Positions 24,990-38,006 of a stretch of DNA of 64,000 bases are shown here, in pieces. The notes under the pieces are model-generated. The model made no database searches. It was given only the letters and a program-made list of their open reading frames with translations, and was not told the DNA's origin. Position 1 is the first letter of the stretch; the number at the start of each line of letters is the position of its first letter. Origin of the DNA: Iphione sp. A-MEVVRFRX5 (taxonomy: Eukaryota); assembly GCA_976226885.1 (NCBI GenBank), contig OZ320315.1, positions 96,906,001 through 96,970,000 of the forward strand, given 5' to 3'. The position numbers were made by a program, and so were the translations under genes.

Positions 24990-27900
24990 TCATATATCTC
25001 CAACACAACACGTCCTTGACGAAAATTTATAACATAACAATAAACATGACACAAAGAATAAAGGGCAGGCTTACTCTGACACTGGCCTTCAAGGTTACAT
25101 ATGAGAACTTCTGTGCCTAATGATGACCCCTAGGACTCTGGGGTTTCATTAAGGATAGACCAAACCAAAACAAAGCTTACCCTGCCAGATGTTAGAAGTG
25201 AGAGGTGGCTGCCTCCAATGCCAGGTTCTGGGAGGTGTACAGGAGGTAGGCGGGGGTGCATTTCCATGTACCCTGAACCATGATGTTGGGTTGCCCTAAG
25301 CCTGTAGTGTGGTAGAACCCCCTACAAAAAACTGAAGAGAATATTTATATGGCTGAAGGGAAAGGTTGGTATTAACTAACCTGAGCATGGAGACCATGCG
25401 GTAGGTAGTAATGGGGGAGAATAAATAAGGATCAACAAACAATGGCTGGGTAGGAGAGAATGTTGGTGCAACATTTAGCATACACTTGAAAGCATCTAGC
25501 GGGCATAAAGGTGAGCCCCTAACAGCAGGGACTGTTTCTGGTGAGGGTTTAGACCATTTAACCTATTATGAGTAATTTGTCCTGCTGACATACGACATCC
25601 TCCCTTGTCAGCTACGTGTCTGTATCAAATAAAGAAATAGACTTGGGAAGGTTGTTGTATTAGCGTAGCATGGAGTAAAACATAAATAAGAATGTTTTCA
25701 TAACTATGCCTAACGGACCCAGATGCTCAAGTAACTTGACTGTCAAGGTGAGGTGGTTGGGGTTGATAGGTTATTTGCGATCCACCACATGTTTGGAGGC
25801 TATTTCCAAGGCTTTTAATGCGTTAGCAATTTTTGGAACAGACAAGACTGAAATGTCCCCCATAAAGCCATAAAGAACTGTCTCATGGCTGTGACGTGTT
25901 GGGCAACAACTTTGGGGCTCCTGTACAGGACAGCAAAGTACTCGATGAATGGGGAGGTCATCAAGCTGGATGTTGGTCGTGTCGAGGTTGTAATGGATGG
26001 CGATTCCTAAGAACAGGGAGACCATCCTTATTTGAACGCCAGATCCTGATGGAGCACCGCCACCTTGGATTGAGGTAGTCTCAGGCTCATGGCTACAGTA
26101 TCAATTTCTAGACCTAGAAAAGTAACCACCTGGTTGGGGGCTTGCAGCTTGCCCCAACTGATAAAGGAACGTAGCATGATGGCCTCTAGTTGGGCCTGCT
26201 GGCATTTTAGGCGTGAGGGGGCTGTGATAAAAAAGTCATCGAGGTAGTTAACAACTTGATACCCTAATACGCAACACTACCAAGAAAAAACAAAACCCTG
26301 TAACTCCCTGTCTACCGGATGAACGTTGATGACCCTATAGGCTGACTTGATATCAATAGTACAAACGAAATAACCTGGATGTATAAGGTTAGTCACATCG
26401 TGTATAAGGTTAGTCACATCGTCTATCTTGGCAAGCCTGAATGAGTCAACTGTTCTGTCCATCGCATTGTTGATGGAAATGCCCTCAGGCCGGCTACAGT
26501 CGGTGATAGGGCGCACACCCCCGTCTTTCTTGCTAACTGCGCCCAAGGCGTGGACGTGAGTGGGCCTGTATTCTAGTACTTAGTTTCTCTTCCTCGATCT
26601 CCCCCTGGAGGTCGTCTGAGAGGAATTGATATAATCACCGCTGCAGTATGAGCGATAGTTGTCGACTTGGTATGGAGGTATGTCTCCGGATCGACGATGC
26701 GGAAACCGTAGCAAACACCGTCGATTAGATAGTGGAAGTCTGGATCGTCGTTGAGTGACAGCTCCCGCCACCACCCTGATGGAGAGTGTTGGGAGCGAAC
26801 TCCCCCCACCATGTGCTGGCTGCCCGCCCAGACTCGGTCAAGTGATGGGTTCCCCCAGACACCCTGGACACAGGGAGATGAGACGATCCCCTGAAAGCCC
26901 CCCCCCCCCCGAGTCGGACAACCAGAACGGTGGCCTACCTCTCATCGTAGCCGATTCTTGTCTTTCTGTGTCTTGCTGGGACAGTCGACTACCCGGTGAG
27001 CCTTGCGACAGGAAGAGCAAGCATGTAGGCGCCTGCAGTTGCTGAAGGTGCACTCCCGGCGGTTTTACTGCCAGCAGACGTCCTGTGGATACGAATCCCA
27101 CTCCCTTGCCGGTTGCTTGCGCTCCCTGGATGGCCGGTTGAAGGTCTCCCCTGTCAAATAATAAGCGACACTGTCGGTATCTGATACCACCCAGTCCTGC
27201 AGTTCTCCGGTTAGCACTTTCGTAGTAATGGCGTGCTCATAGCGGGCCAAGTTCTCAGCGGAGTGGATCTCCGGGCGGAATCGGCTGGCCATCCTCTTTT
27301 TTCCGTCCGAGGGTGCTTCGATGTCGACAGGGGCCGGGTCCTCAGTGAAGATGGATGCCCCGACGTTGTTGCTCAGCTCTGGAAAATTGAACTGTCTGGT
27401 GGCACTGTGCTGGGTTTGGGTTGGTGCTTCGTTGTTGCTTGATTGGATTGTTCTGCTCCGGTCGATAGTCTCAGCACCGCTGGCGTTGCCCCCCGCCTGA
27501 CCCCCGGTGTGACAGTTGGGAACTGCGGGAACTGTGGCGTCGGTTGCCCTGCCCGTTTGGAGCGATCGCCTTGCTGCCCTCAGCTCCTCGAGTTTCTTGC
27601 GCTGCTCTTCCGTCTCCTGTTCTGCCGCTAGTTCGGCCTCCTCTTTCGTGATTAGCTCCTGCAGGTAGGCGAGATACTCCGGGGACCCGTGCGACGGGGA
27701 TCGGTCTTGTCCGGAGGACAGCAGTGGGTCATGGGACGCCCCGTTCTGCTGGAGTCCGTGGCTTGAATTGAGAAGAGGCTGGCCGTTTTACCTGGCTGCT
27801 GCATCCTCTTCTCTGGTATTTGCCCCCTCAGACCCAGTCTGTGAAAAGAGGGACGACTTGTGTGGGGGGTGTTGGATGACGATGAGTGGAATGGTGCTAC

Positions 27901-28150
27901 TACATCTGTTGTGAGGCTGGACATCACGATGGTGTCCTCCTCCTTGTTACATCTCTTCGCGCGTCTTTCTTGTCACTCTTGTCTCCTAGTAGGTTCTTTA
28001 TGTATGCTGGACAGGATGCCATGTCTCGTGCGTTCAGTTGGATCTCAACTCCCTCCCGATTTCTGAATAGGCCTCGTCTTTCCTGATCCAGGATGTCTTT
28101 CCTCAGGGAGACCTCGCATCGTTGCATCTGTTCTCGGACTCTTTCGGTTT
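24990..28150 (-). mobile_element. Ngaro/DIRS-like YR retrotransposon A (gag-RT-[RNase H deleted]-YR)
   Basis: gag with CCCH/CCHC fingers (CWQ*NRRECTFSNCRRLHACSSCRKAH, about 26980-27090). RT motifs GAVSKKDGGVRPITDCS, TIDIKSAYRVINVHP, VVNYLDDF, VTFLGLEIDT. YR remnants LTREDV, GSPLCP, PLF, YKYSL, MVQGTWK (25210-25650). Confidence 0.88.
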
Positions 28151-28219
28151 TGTTTCTGGGTGGGTTGTGGGTTTTTGGGGAACCTGATCTACATTGTCAT
28201 TACCAAGAATATCCAAACC

Positions 28220-29722
28220 CAAACCAAACGTAGCATTACCTTCATTTTTTGTTGGACTAGACCATGCGGAGCCATTGGGAGGAGGAGGTTGATGAATATC
28301 ACTTTCTCCTCTATATTTGTTGATCTCTTATAATCCCGAATTGATAGGGATTTGTGGCCTGATTTCGTGGCAATGCAGCATGTTGCTTTCCTTGAATGGC
28401 CAGTAATACATGACGCCCTTCAAGATGTATGCCAGCCTCTGAGCACATTTGGGAATATATGAATATTTTTTAATAAGCTAACGATACACCTGGGATTGTC
28501 TGACCAAACAAGGAAGTGGAGCATTCTACCCCCTCAGCACTAATGCCCTGCATAGCCCTTTTTTATGATCTACCCCCAGAGGAGGATCTTTTGGCTCCCT
28601 TTTGCTGCCTAGGCTGCTCAGACATGCCATAATGGAAGAAGCCAAATCCATGATAACAACAAACCGTAATCTTTTTTCAGTGTCATAGGTTAAGGTGTAG
28701 TGAGGAACCTCCAAATTGGCATGCTCGTGTGTTGCCCTGAAGCCAACAATCTTACAATTATAGAAATATACACCGTAAGACAAGGCCCTTAGCTGTGGTG
28801 GAAATGTTCCACTATCCCACAATTGACGTTCATCTTCCTCAGTGATAATGTCAGCTCGCTTTGGGTGAGTCCCCATACCTGTCGCGATCAACTCCTTCCT
28901 ATGTGCCTCCAGGGCATCACGAAATGTCCTGAACTCAGGATGATCTTTCTTTAATAACCACACAGAGCTCCTTCCTAGATCATCTCCCATGTGTCTCTGT
29001 AAATTGGCAGCTATGCTGTTAAGTGAGCCTGCAAATCTTACCCCCACAATCCCTCCATCACTTCAATGTAATTCTATTTACCTGGAGGATAGGGACTGCC
29101 ATCTTTCTTCATAACCTTCATGATGAATTGGGCTAACCAATAGTCGAGAGTATCCAGGTCTGGTTGGAGTCCTCACGACTACCCTCCTGCCAATTTTTGC
29201 AGTGTCTCCATTCTCGAAAAACAGCCCATGAGGAGGCAGATCTCATTGATTTCGGAATCCTCCTTTAAATCCTATCTTGCAGTGTCACAAAACGATTCAG
29301 TCAATCAATTCGAAATGCAAGCCTCAGGTACATCTTCATTCACCATCGCAGTACACTCGGATGAACTTTGCCCTTGAGTATTGCAAACCGTTTCAGTAGG
29401 AGGCAACTCGACTGAATCGTTCTGTGACAGCAACTGACTGTTCTGAGATGATATGAATATTTTTCCATTTATTACATTCATTATACATAAGCCAACAAGC
29501 ATGTACATTAATATATGAACTCAATGCATACAAAATCGAACTGACAAATCACGGATGGTGAAGCCTACCTATACTCTTCGGGATATTTCCTTCCTTTGAC
29601 AATGAAATGTTTAAATTTTCGCTATTGGATTAGAAGATGATGTCCGTTCGACAATGGTGTCCTGGTTGAATTGTCAATCTGTCAGTCATTTCGTCCAGAG
29701 AATCGTGTCCTCCCTCCGCCAT
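28220..29722 (-). mobile_element. Crypton-like DUF3504 YR gene, copy C2
   Basis: LDYWLAQFIMKVMKKDGSPYPP | GT-AG intron 29029-29081 | GSLNSIAANLQRHM...WLLKKDHPEFRTFRDALEAH...VYFYNCKIVGFRATHEHANL, then KMCSEAGI.LEGR remnant. Candidate start MAEGG at 29722 (low confidence). Confidence 0.88.
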
Positions 29723-30949
29723 GGTTGCTCACCATGTCCTATCGGACCTCACAGTACTCCTGTCAAAACGAGAACATTTAGACCTGCACCTGCTGAACTA
29801 CAAGTAGGCCACTACTAATCTACTCAGATAATCCACTTCAGATAATTTGCAAACAATTCAGCCTCACATCCCAAGCCCATATCATGCAATTCCCTGATAA
29901 GGATACTGTGATTAACTGAATCGAACGCCTTTCGGCAGTCAATTTATTTAAATTTCTGAGATAAAGGCTGTCCCAGTACTAGCCTTCCCAGTACTATGGT
30001 TGAGCCTAAATCCATGTTGGTATCGAGATGGTTTTAATAGTTTAGTAGGTACATGTATCTTAATGTTTGTTTAAATACAACCTAATTTTGCAAATACATT
30101 CAAATTCCTTATCAGTCTATATTTTCCGACTTGCATCTTATTGCTCCTTTTTAAAAATAGGGGTAATGGCCTGCTTAAATGTTGGCCTCTCATCCAAGAT
30201 GGATCAGAGTGTACCCCAACCCTCAGATCAAGGTCAAACTCTACCGCATGTATCTGGTGTTTGATCTGTTTAATAAGAAGCCATTGTCATTACACCATTT
30301 TGAGACCTTATCCTTAGTCTACTGAGCTTTGCTGCACTAGAGCCCCACGACTAGATTGTCACATCATCGGCATTCATAATCCTGCACATGCCAAAACCAT
30401 TCCTGTACCTTTTTGGACTCCAAATTGTTGCATCATCATTAACAGGCAGTGTTCATTTTTGAGACTCTAGAGTGAACACATATTCCAAATTTTTTCCTGG
30501 CACAGGCACCAGACGTACTGGCCTGTAATTAAAACTTTGCTTAACACCCTTTCTTAAATAATGGCACAATTGTAGCCAGTTTCCAGGCCCTCGAGACGAT
30601 AGAATCCCTGAGGGACTGGTTCACGATTGATGTAAAGAGACAACTTGATCAGTAGCAGGTCTTTTTAGGCATGGCATGTTGAGAGATATTGAGATTAAGA
30701 AATATCTTTTCACGTTCTCTTAGGGCAGTGCCTGAGGTGTTTACAATGAAACAAGGTTTTAAGAAATGGACAATATAATACAAAATATAGTTTGACCTGT
30801 TATTAAATACATCTCCGAATATTGCCAAAATAACTATCATCCCACGAGGTGTCCAGCTTGGGATACAATTCGAGCAGCCAAGTCTTGCCTTTCCTTATGT
30901 CCCAGCTGTTAATTCACCTATCAATAACAACCTATGGATTAGACATATT

Positions 30950-32280
30950 GTTTCCAAGGAGTTAATTCCTGATTTTTTCTTTAGCGCCATGAATGATGTT
31001 CTCATGATATTAGATCTCCCCTGTCGTACTTTTTAAGGCATTGTTGAATTCAATTTGCAACTCAGTCTGACCTTTTTACTTGCATGGTTTAAAATTGAAT
31101 AGTTCCAACCTGTTTTCGTAAGGCAGTTGCCAGGAGACTCGAGCTAGTCCATAACTCCTTGATCTTACTTTTCGTCGCAAATATTGAACATGACTCCGCC
31201 AGTTTAGGCTACCATCAACTTGGTAGCCCTAAAAATATGACATTGTCACACTCTTCAATTTTTTCCCTCCTATTTCTAAATCAAGATTAAATTTTAATTT
31301 TGCATTTTTCCCAAACTCAACATATACGGTCCATCTTTCATTAATACACAACCCATTTGCCCTAATCTATGACTGTCTTTCAGACCCCTATTCAGCTTGA
31401 ACTGAAGAGCCATTACATTACTTGCAGCGGTGTAGAGAGTTATAGTATACATTTGGTTACCAAAAAGCAATCCGGTAGATCATTTATCATCAGAGGCAAA
31501 AGAAAGGGACCGAGTATACTACCCTGAGGAACCCCCTGTTTAACAGATAGTACAGTTGCAGATTTATCATTACAGTGAACATATTGTCTTCTGACTGATA
31601 GATATGAACTAGAGAGCGAAATCATCATCGATTTGCCAAAGGACATGAGCTAATTTAATAAAATTTTATGATTTATCACATCAAATGATTTAATAAAATT
31701 TTATGATTTATCACATCAAATGATTGACATATCTATCAACACCGCCGCAAAGTGGGAACCCCTATCTAATGCTTCATAAACATCCTTCAAAACACTGCAG
31801 CCGCTGTCTCAGTACTTTTACCCTCGGAAAGTCCTAGATCGTTTTCATCTATTTGACGTATTCTAGCTATTTTACATATTTTGGGGAAAACCTATTCTGA
31901 AATGCTAAATGTTAATAATGATACCTCTCTGAATAAACAAGCCCATCCTTTAACACCCTCATTGGTAGATTATGAATACCAGATTACAGGTTGCCATGTT
32001 CATACTAGTAATTCCGGATGGCTTACCCTTTTTTTGCTTTCTAACCAGTTGCTAATCACTTGCTCATCTACCGGTGCAACGCTCACCCTTTGTAGTGCTT
32101 TCAGACCATTTCCTATCACATTTAGATATCACATAGTTAATTGCTCCTTTACACAGTACATGTATATATATTAACACATACTCGATCCAGACACTGTTAT
32201 TACGTTCAATTGCAAAATTTGCCTTGTTTTCGAGATAATTCTTGTCAAGTACACATTCAATCAAAGCTAATAGTGAATGA
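30950..32280 (-). mobile_element. Decayed CR1/L2-like LINE RT fragment
   Basis: VFPKICKIARI, GKSTETA..AVLIDMS, QGVPQGSILGPFLLPLMINDLP; carries a 35-bp tandem duplication at 31653-31722. Confidence 0.85.
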
Positions 32281-32282
32281 AA

Positions 32283-32600
32283 CACTTTAAACAACCATTT
32301 GGCTGAAGGGGGACAATCATCTGATACCAACTTCCTGAAATCCGAAGACAAAGCTGGCCTAACTTCTTCCCTTCTAACCTTAATAAGAGATTGGACAGCC
32401 ACCCCCGACAACATAACTGCATCCGACAATACCATAGACAAGTTGGCTAACCACGGGGCCTCATTGGCCTCCGCCCTGGGGTTAACCATCTCGACAGCCC
32501 TAAGGCAAGCCACCATAGAGGCCAAGAGATCAAGCTGAACTTTCTGGAGGGACTTTTCCCTCTCCTTCCCCTCCTTAGACAGGATTTGTGATTCCAGGAG
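32283..32600 (-). mobile_element. DIRS1-type gag/ORF1 fragment
   Basis: EKSLQKVQLDLLASMVACL...DAVMLSG...RREEVRPALSSDFRKLVSDDCPPSAKWLF resembles the conserved RRExIRPxL...P...LFG block of DIRS1 ORF1. Confidence 0.7.
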
Positions 32601-32697
32601 GAAGAGTAATTGTCAACGTCTCATGTTGAGGTGCCTCTGTGCGACTTGTTGGTTGATTTGTGTTGGACTGGAGGCTATTTTTGTGGAGCCTGGTTGG

Positions 32698-33600
32698 TTA
32701 GATCAAGATCCAAGCCCAGATCAAAGGTAGCATTACCATGGTCTGGGATATCTGAACATGACCGGCACTGTGTTGGCATTGGAGGCTGCAAACAATCACT
32801 AATATGTTGTTGCATTTGGGAAGTTTCTTTTTTGTAATTGTGAATAGCGAATGATTTGTGGCCACTTCCTGGTTGCTAGACTGTTCGATACCTTGGTCAT
32901 ACAACCTGGTGCAACAGGTAGCTTTGCCAGAGTGGCCTGTGATGTACCTTCCTTCCATATTAATACATGCCTCAGTACACATTCTGGGCAGGTATTTCGC
33001 CAAGGTATGAATTCCAATGCATTGGGCTGAAAAGGAAATTTTACCATCAAAATTTGGAAGCAGCCTCCTATAGAACCTACCTTCCAATGGTACTTTTTGA
33101 ATAGATTTACAATACATCTTGAGTTATTGGGAGTGCTGAAGTGACATACCATACGAGGAAGTGAGGTGCATTTGTTGGCTCCTATTATTAGCTTGGATAG
33201 CCTCCCATGGTAAACCAGATAGTCTTTTTTGCTTTCACTGTCAAACCCTATGGTATATTGGTTCACTCAAGATTTGCATGCTCATCCCTTGCTCTGAAGC
33301 GGAAAACTTTACAATTGTAAAAGTAAACACCATAAGACAACCCCCTTGCCAGTAATGGTGTTGATGATCCCACTATCTCATAATTGTTCTTCGTCAGCCT
33401 CTGTTATCACATCAGCCCTTTTAGAAGGTGTGCCCATACCTGTAGTGATGTGCTCTTTCCTGCGTGCATCCAGAGCATCTCTGAAGAGCTTAAATTTTGG
33501 ATCATCTTTTTTCAACAGCCATGCGTCTCTCTTCTGCAAATCATGCATATGTCTCTCCATACAAAGTGTCTGATATTTCTCGTATATATCCCCAGATGTT
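32698..33600 (-). mobile_element. Crypton-like DUF3504 YR gene, copy C3
   Basis: WLLKKDDPKFKLFRDALDARRKEHITTGMG; YHGRLSK..PRMVCHFSTPNNSRCIVNLFKKY; YLPRMCTEACINMEGRYITGHSGKATCCTRLY. Confidence 0.9.
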
Positions 33601-33744
33601 TTGAGTCATAGCGTGGCGGGTTTTGTAGACTAATTTGTCTGAGTGTCAATCATTCACCACAAGCGAGTGTAGACCTACATGAACGAAAGTCACAGATGTT
33701 AGTCTGCCATGAAGCCTGTGACCCAGCTCCAGGTCTCATCCGCG

Positions 33745-34180
33745 ATATATCGTACACTCTTCCATGCTTATCCCAGCTTCAGCACACATTTTGGGGAGAT
33801 ACTTATTCAAGAGTAGGAATTCCCACCCTTTTCACCTTGTGTTGTTTGGACTTGCAAAGTGTCGGACCATTCTAGGTAGAGAAGTACATTCATTGGAGCC
33901 AGTAACCTGTTTGGATAATCTCCCATGATAGATGAGATACTCTACATTGGCAGAAGGATCATATGCTAGTGTATACTGAGTTACCTTAAGATTGGCATGC
34001 TCGTCCCTAGCCAGAAATCCAAATATCTTACAATTGTAGAAGTAAACCCCATGAGAAAGACCCTCGGCAGTAGTTGCATTTAATATCGCACTATCCCAAA
34101 GCTGACGTTTATCTTCCTGTGTGATCACATCTGCTCTTCTAGGGTGGATACCCATACCTGTGGTGATTAGCCGTTGCCTG
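33745..34180 (-). mobile_element. Crypton-like DUF3504 YR gene, copy C4 (partial)
   Basis: LITTGMGIHPRRADVITQEDKRQLWDS..GLSHGVYFYNCKIFGFLARDEHANLKV..YHGRLSK..NKYLPKMCAEAGISMEE. Confidence 0.9.
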
Positions 34181-34184
34181 GAGG

Positions 34185-36850
34185 GCAGACATCGGATTCT
34201 TCATGGTGCCCCGGCGCCGGGCGTGACGTTGCCTCATCTCCGCCGCTGCCAGGAGCCGGTTGTAGTCAGAGCCTGCGATTAGAGTATTTATAGTCGTAGA
34301 CCCAAGGCATGGAGTTTATTTCTTTGAGGTGTTGTTGGCGAGTGCGCGAGGGGTTGCTGACCGAGATGCCCTGCTGAGGCGTCTGGGAAGTACCATGGTG
34401 ACCCCAGGTCAGTGCTCTGGCATGAAGGCGGCACGCACGGACTCCATGTGAAACCATATGGCCCTCGCGCAGGCATCGAGAACCGGGGCATTGGCACAGA
34501 TGAAGCGAAGACATTTTCCTTCATCGTGGGGGGTGACGAAGCGCCGGACTGTGGCCATACAGTTTACTGCCTCTAGGCGGGAGATGGGATGTGGACTGAG
34601 GCCTTGAAGGAGTAGGAGGACGCGACGTCGTCTTCTCCAGTGCCGGTAAGGGAGGCGTCTGCTGAGATGGTCCTGTGTGGTTGGCACAGGGGAAAGAATG
34701 ACACTCCGTTGTGTGTGGCGGAGAAGTCTCTCCGCCATCGTAGGTTGGCTCTGAAGGAGTCGTCGACCTTGTCGGAGTGCGTCGAGGATGCCGACCATGA
34801 ATAGGCGAGCAGCAGGGATGGCTAGGGACTGGGTTTGGCGCCTAGTCAAATAGTGGCATTCATGAGCTTCGACGATGGCGGCGCGGTATTTGTCGAGTTT
34901 TGTAACCGGGATGGTGAGGGTAGCAGCCGAGTCAGGTGATGGCTTTTGCTGGGCTTTCAAGTTTTCTGTGTGCAACGGTTAAGTCCCAGAAACCGGAGGA
35001 GATGGATAGCATGGTCCACCTGGGCGTTGCGATGATCATGTCGTCGAGGTACATTAGGCATCGAGTCCCTGTTGTCTGGAGGTGACGGACTATGTACTCG
35101 GCTGCCTTTTGCATGGCTAGGGCACTGAGCCTAGCCTCAAAGGGCAAGGCAGTGTCAACGTAGAAAGAGCCTTCGTTCTTCATTACACGCAACGCCGAGT
35201 GTGGAGAAATCACGTTTATTCATACTATCAAAGACAATTGGCAACAATAAAAGGCATAAAATACAACCGGAGAAAATGTCAATAATTCTGTAAACAAGAG
35301 GGAGGGAACATGTCCTCACTGCCTGCGAGTGCCAATCGCCGCGCCGCATGATCCCGTCTACAGGGGGTCCCTTGCTGTAGAGCTGCTGAGCTCCCCCATG
35401 CCTAAGAACATGGAGTGTAGGCCAGGGTTCGGGGAGGCCAAGACGGCCTGGTGCCATAAGCTCTGCCTCACTCGGAAACGTGCAGTAAGGGGCGGCAGAC
35501 TGGAGATGTCGATGGGGCTGAGCCGCGTGCAATGCGCGGTGGTAAGAGACGCCTTGCAATGTTGCCGGGGGCCGAATGGTGATTTCTTTGGACTGCGACT
35601 GGCGAGTCTTCGGCCGTGGGATGGTGATGGCAAGGTGGTCGGTATAAACTCTCCCAAGAGAGGCCAGTCACCAGGGGAGATGCGGAAATGCCGATAAGCC
35701 CGTTTTAGGTCAACGACGGAAATGAAGGGCAATGCATCAAACTGACGGATGACTTCAATTGCCATGCTGATGGTAGGCAGGGAGTGATGGTAATAAACGC
35801 CATCCATGGTATTCTTCTGGACAAAACTTTTTACATTGGCGCCATCCGGAAAGGGCAGGATGGTGATGACCTCCATTTTGGTTGGACCTATTTCTCTGCT
35901 CGCTGCTGGTGCGTCTGTTCTGTGTCTTTGGGTTTCATATGTGTTTTCCTCGCACATGCCATTCCTGTGTGCTGGCACTCCTTGTTCTGCACCCCATACC
36001 AGCACACTGCACATCGGTGCCAGTATACGTGAGGGCTCCCTCCTTGTGGCCGTCAAAGTCCGAACATGTTGCTGTATTATACAGCGGGCATGGCTCTTGG
36101 ATCTGGTCGTCAGTAAGGTTTCCTTTAATTAAGGGTAGCCTAGTACACAGTCTATGTATGTGGTCCTCGTCCAACCATGACATCCTTCTATGGTTGTCAA
36201 CGACCAATTACGGCCCGCGGGCCAGTCCGAGGTCGTCGTATCCTCGCATATTTCGGACATAGTCGCAGCTCATAGTCCGTGGGAAAAGTCTCGAGCACCT
36301 GCACACACAGGCCATGCAAGTATTCAGAAAGAGACAAATCATCAATAGATGGACGCTTCTTTACAGCAACAGCTATTTCACGTGACAATGACACATATGG
36401 GCGCCACCGATGGTGAATTTCTTGAGTAATTGGGTCTGGATAGTTCTTACCGTGTGTTGGCCTGACGTTGTCGCCTTCGTAGTCAACGTGTTCCTCGATA
36501 GTCCTGATATTCGTCTACATGCTGCTCTGAACGGCGGTCCCCCCTTGACTTTGGGGGTAGGCGTGCGGACATATACGGGCTTCGTTATCCGCTTCTTGCA
36601 ACGTTTGTCTTGCCTCTCGCTTCCTCTCGTGGGAGGAGGGCTAGACACTCCTCTATTCGTTGCATCCTTACCAGGACGTTGGGGGTCTTCTTAGGAGGCT
36701 TTTCACCGGTGGTGTACAGGTAGAAACAGGGGAAGGCTGTGTGCTCAATCCGTGGTCGACGTGACAACGTCCTTCTGCCGCTAGCACCGGTCGCTGAGTG
36801 TCCTGTCGTGTACTCGGCGCCGTGCAATGCAAGCCCATTGCTCATCGTGG
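34185..36850 (-). mobile_element. Ngaro/DIRS-like retrotransposon B (gag-RT-RNase H-YR start; rearranged)
   Basis: gag LSLSEYLHG..CPLYNTATCSDFDGH; RT VVDLKRAYRHFRISPGDWPLLG, FYVDTALPF, MYLDD; RNase H RLEAVN..LDACARAIW..PEH*PG; YR start LLAAAEMRQRHARRRGTMKN, truncated at about 34185. Confidence 0.88.
35175..35655 (-). mobile_element. YR C-terminus plus AT-rich 3' tail of a DIRS/Ngaro element inserted in the RT of element B
   Basis: DHLAITIPRPKTRQ...TLHVLRHGGAQQLYSKGPPVDGIMRRGDWHSQAVRTC (HxxR, GxW, Y-to-C). Confidence 0.8.
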
Positions 36851-37009
36851 CTACCATTCTAGTTAAATTTAAGAACAAACTGCATAAAAATGAACTAAAC
36901 GGCGAGTTGGGAAACTGGCATTTATTTATCACCCCACAATGTGTTGATTCATAAAATGCGAATAAAAACATGCAAGAGGCCAAAAGATGGGGTAAAATCA
37001 GGCTGACTG

Positions 37010-38006
37010 TTACACCGAGCTAAGTACTTTCGCGACCGCAGTAGCATGATTTACATGAACATAGCGGCGGTAAGTCTGAGATGCCCAGTTTCCAAACGCC
37101 TGAATCTGGTAGCTATCGCACCCATTTACGTATGCTGTAGTTGCCCCTGTTCTGCGGAGACTGTGCAACGAATAGTCGCTAGGGGGCAGCTCCAGAGCAG
37201 ATGTACCGTCTTTGAATTGCCTGTTGAGCCATTGAGCAGTGACAGGAGTCCCGTCACCTGGATCGACCAGCAACGGCTGTGGCGGCTGGGAGGTTGGAGT
37301 GAGCTGAAGAAGGGCATCGTAGGCTCGAATGACACAGTGACGGGTCTGAAGTAGGCGGCAGGCGCACCTCTCTGGTCTGGTCGTAGCACTGCATGGTTTT
37401 TGCCCATTTTTGCTTGATCGCGAGAAGTTCCCCATCCCTCGTCACGTCAGCACATGTTATGTGGCGTGATGGGTCAAAGTCCTTCGCTGTACGCGGCGCG
37501 ATCTCTGACTGGCTGAAGCCTGTGTAATATAAAAGCAAGAAAGCAAAATGAAGGTTCAGCCCGACGGGGCGGTGAACATCCAGCTGAATCAACACCTTGA
37601 GCTTGTCAAGCCCAAGCGGACGTCGAGGCCGGACGATGTGACGTTTTTCGCGTCGACTGACGTCCAGCGCGAGCAGCACCGGGCGTGACTCCAACGCAGA
37701 CGCGTGCCTGCCTTTGTCCCTGATGAATTCTCATACACTGGATACGGCGTTTCCCACGGACACTGGTGAGCGTAGGTACGACATCAGGTACCGGACATAC
37801 ATCACCCCTTGCATAGGGGTTGGATCCAGTGGGTCGACCCGGAAGCGCCAGCAGAAGGCTAGGTAGTTCGTTGCTGCCGATCGCCTGTTGGCCATAGTCC
37901 CCGGGGCACGACCAGCTGCCACTAGCCGCGGAGCCTCGGCGACCAGGAATTGCTCCACCTGATCTGAGAACAAAGAATTATATATCAGGCCACATGGTTT
38001 GGACAT
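37010..38006 (-). pseudogene. Tyrosine recombinase of element C (frameshifted)
   Basis: N-terminal RAPGTMANRRSAATNYLAFC; LLLYYTGFSQSEIAP (R site altered); YSLHSLRRTGATTAY..IQAFGNWASQTYRRY (HxxR, GxW and Y retained). Confidence 0.9.

Noticed and set aside
37010-38006. Phage or integron integrase / bacterial contamination
   Set aside because: The YR sits behind gag, RT and RNase H in a DIRS-type retrotransposon, in a window with spliceosomal introns and a eukaryotic gene.
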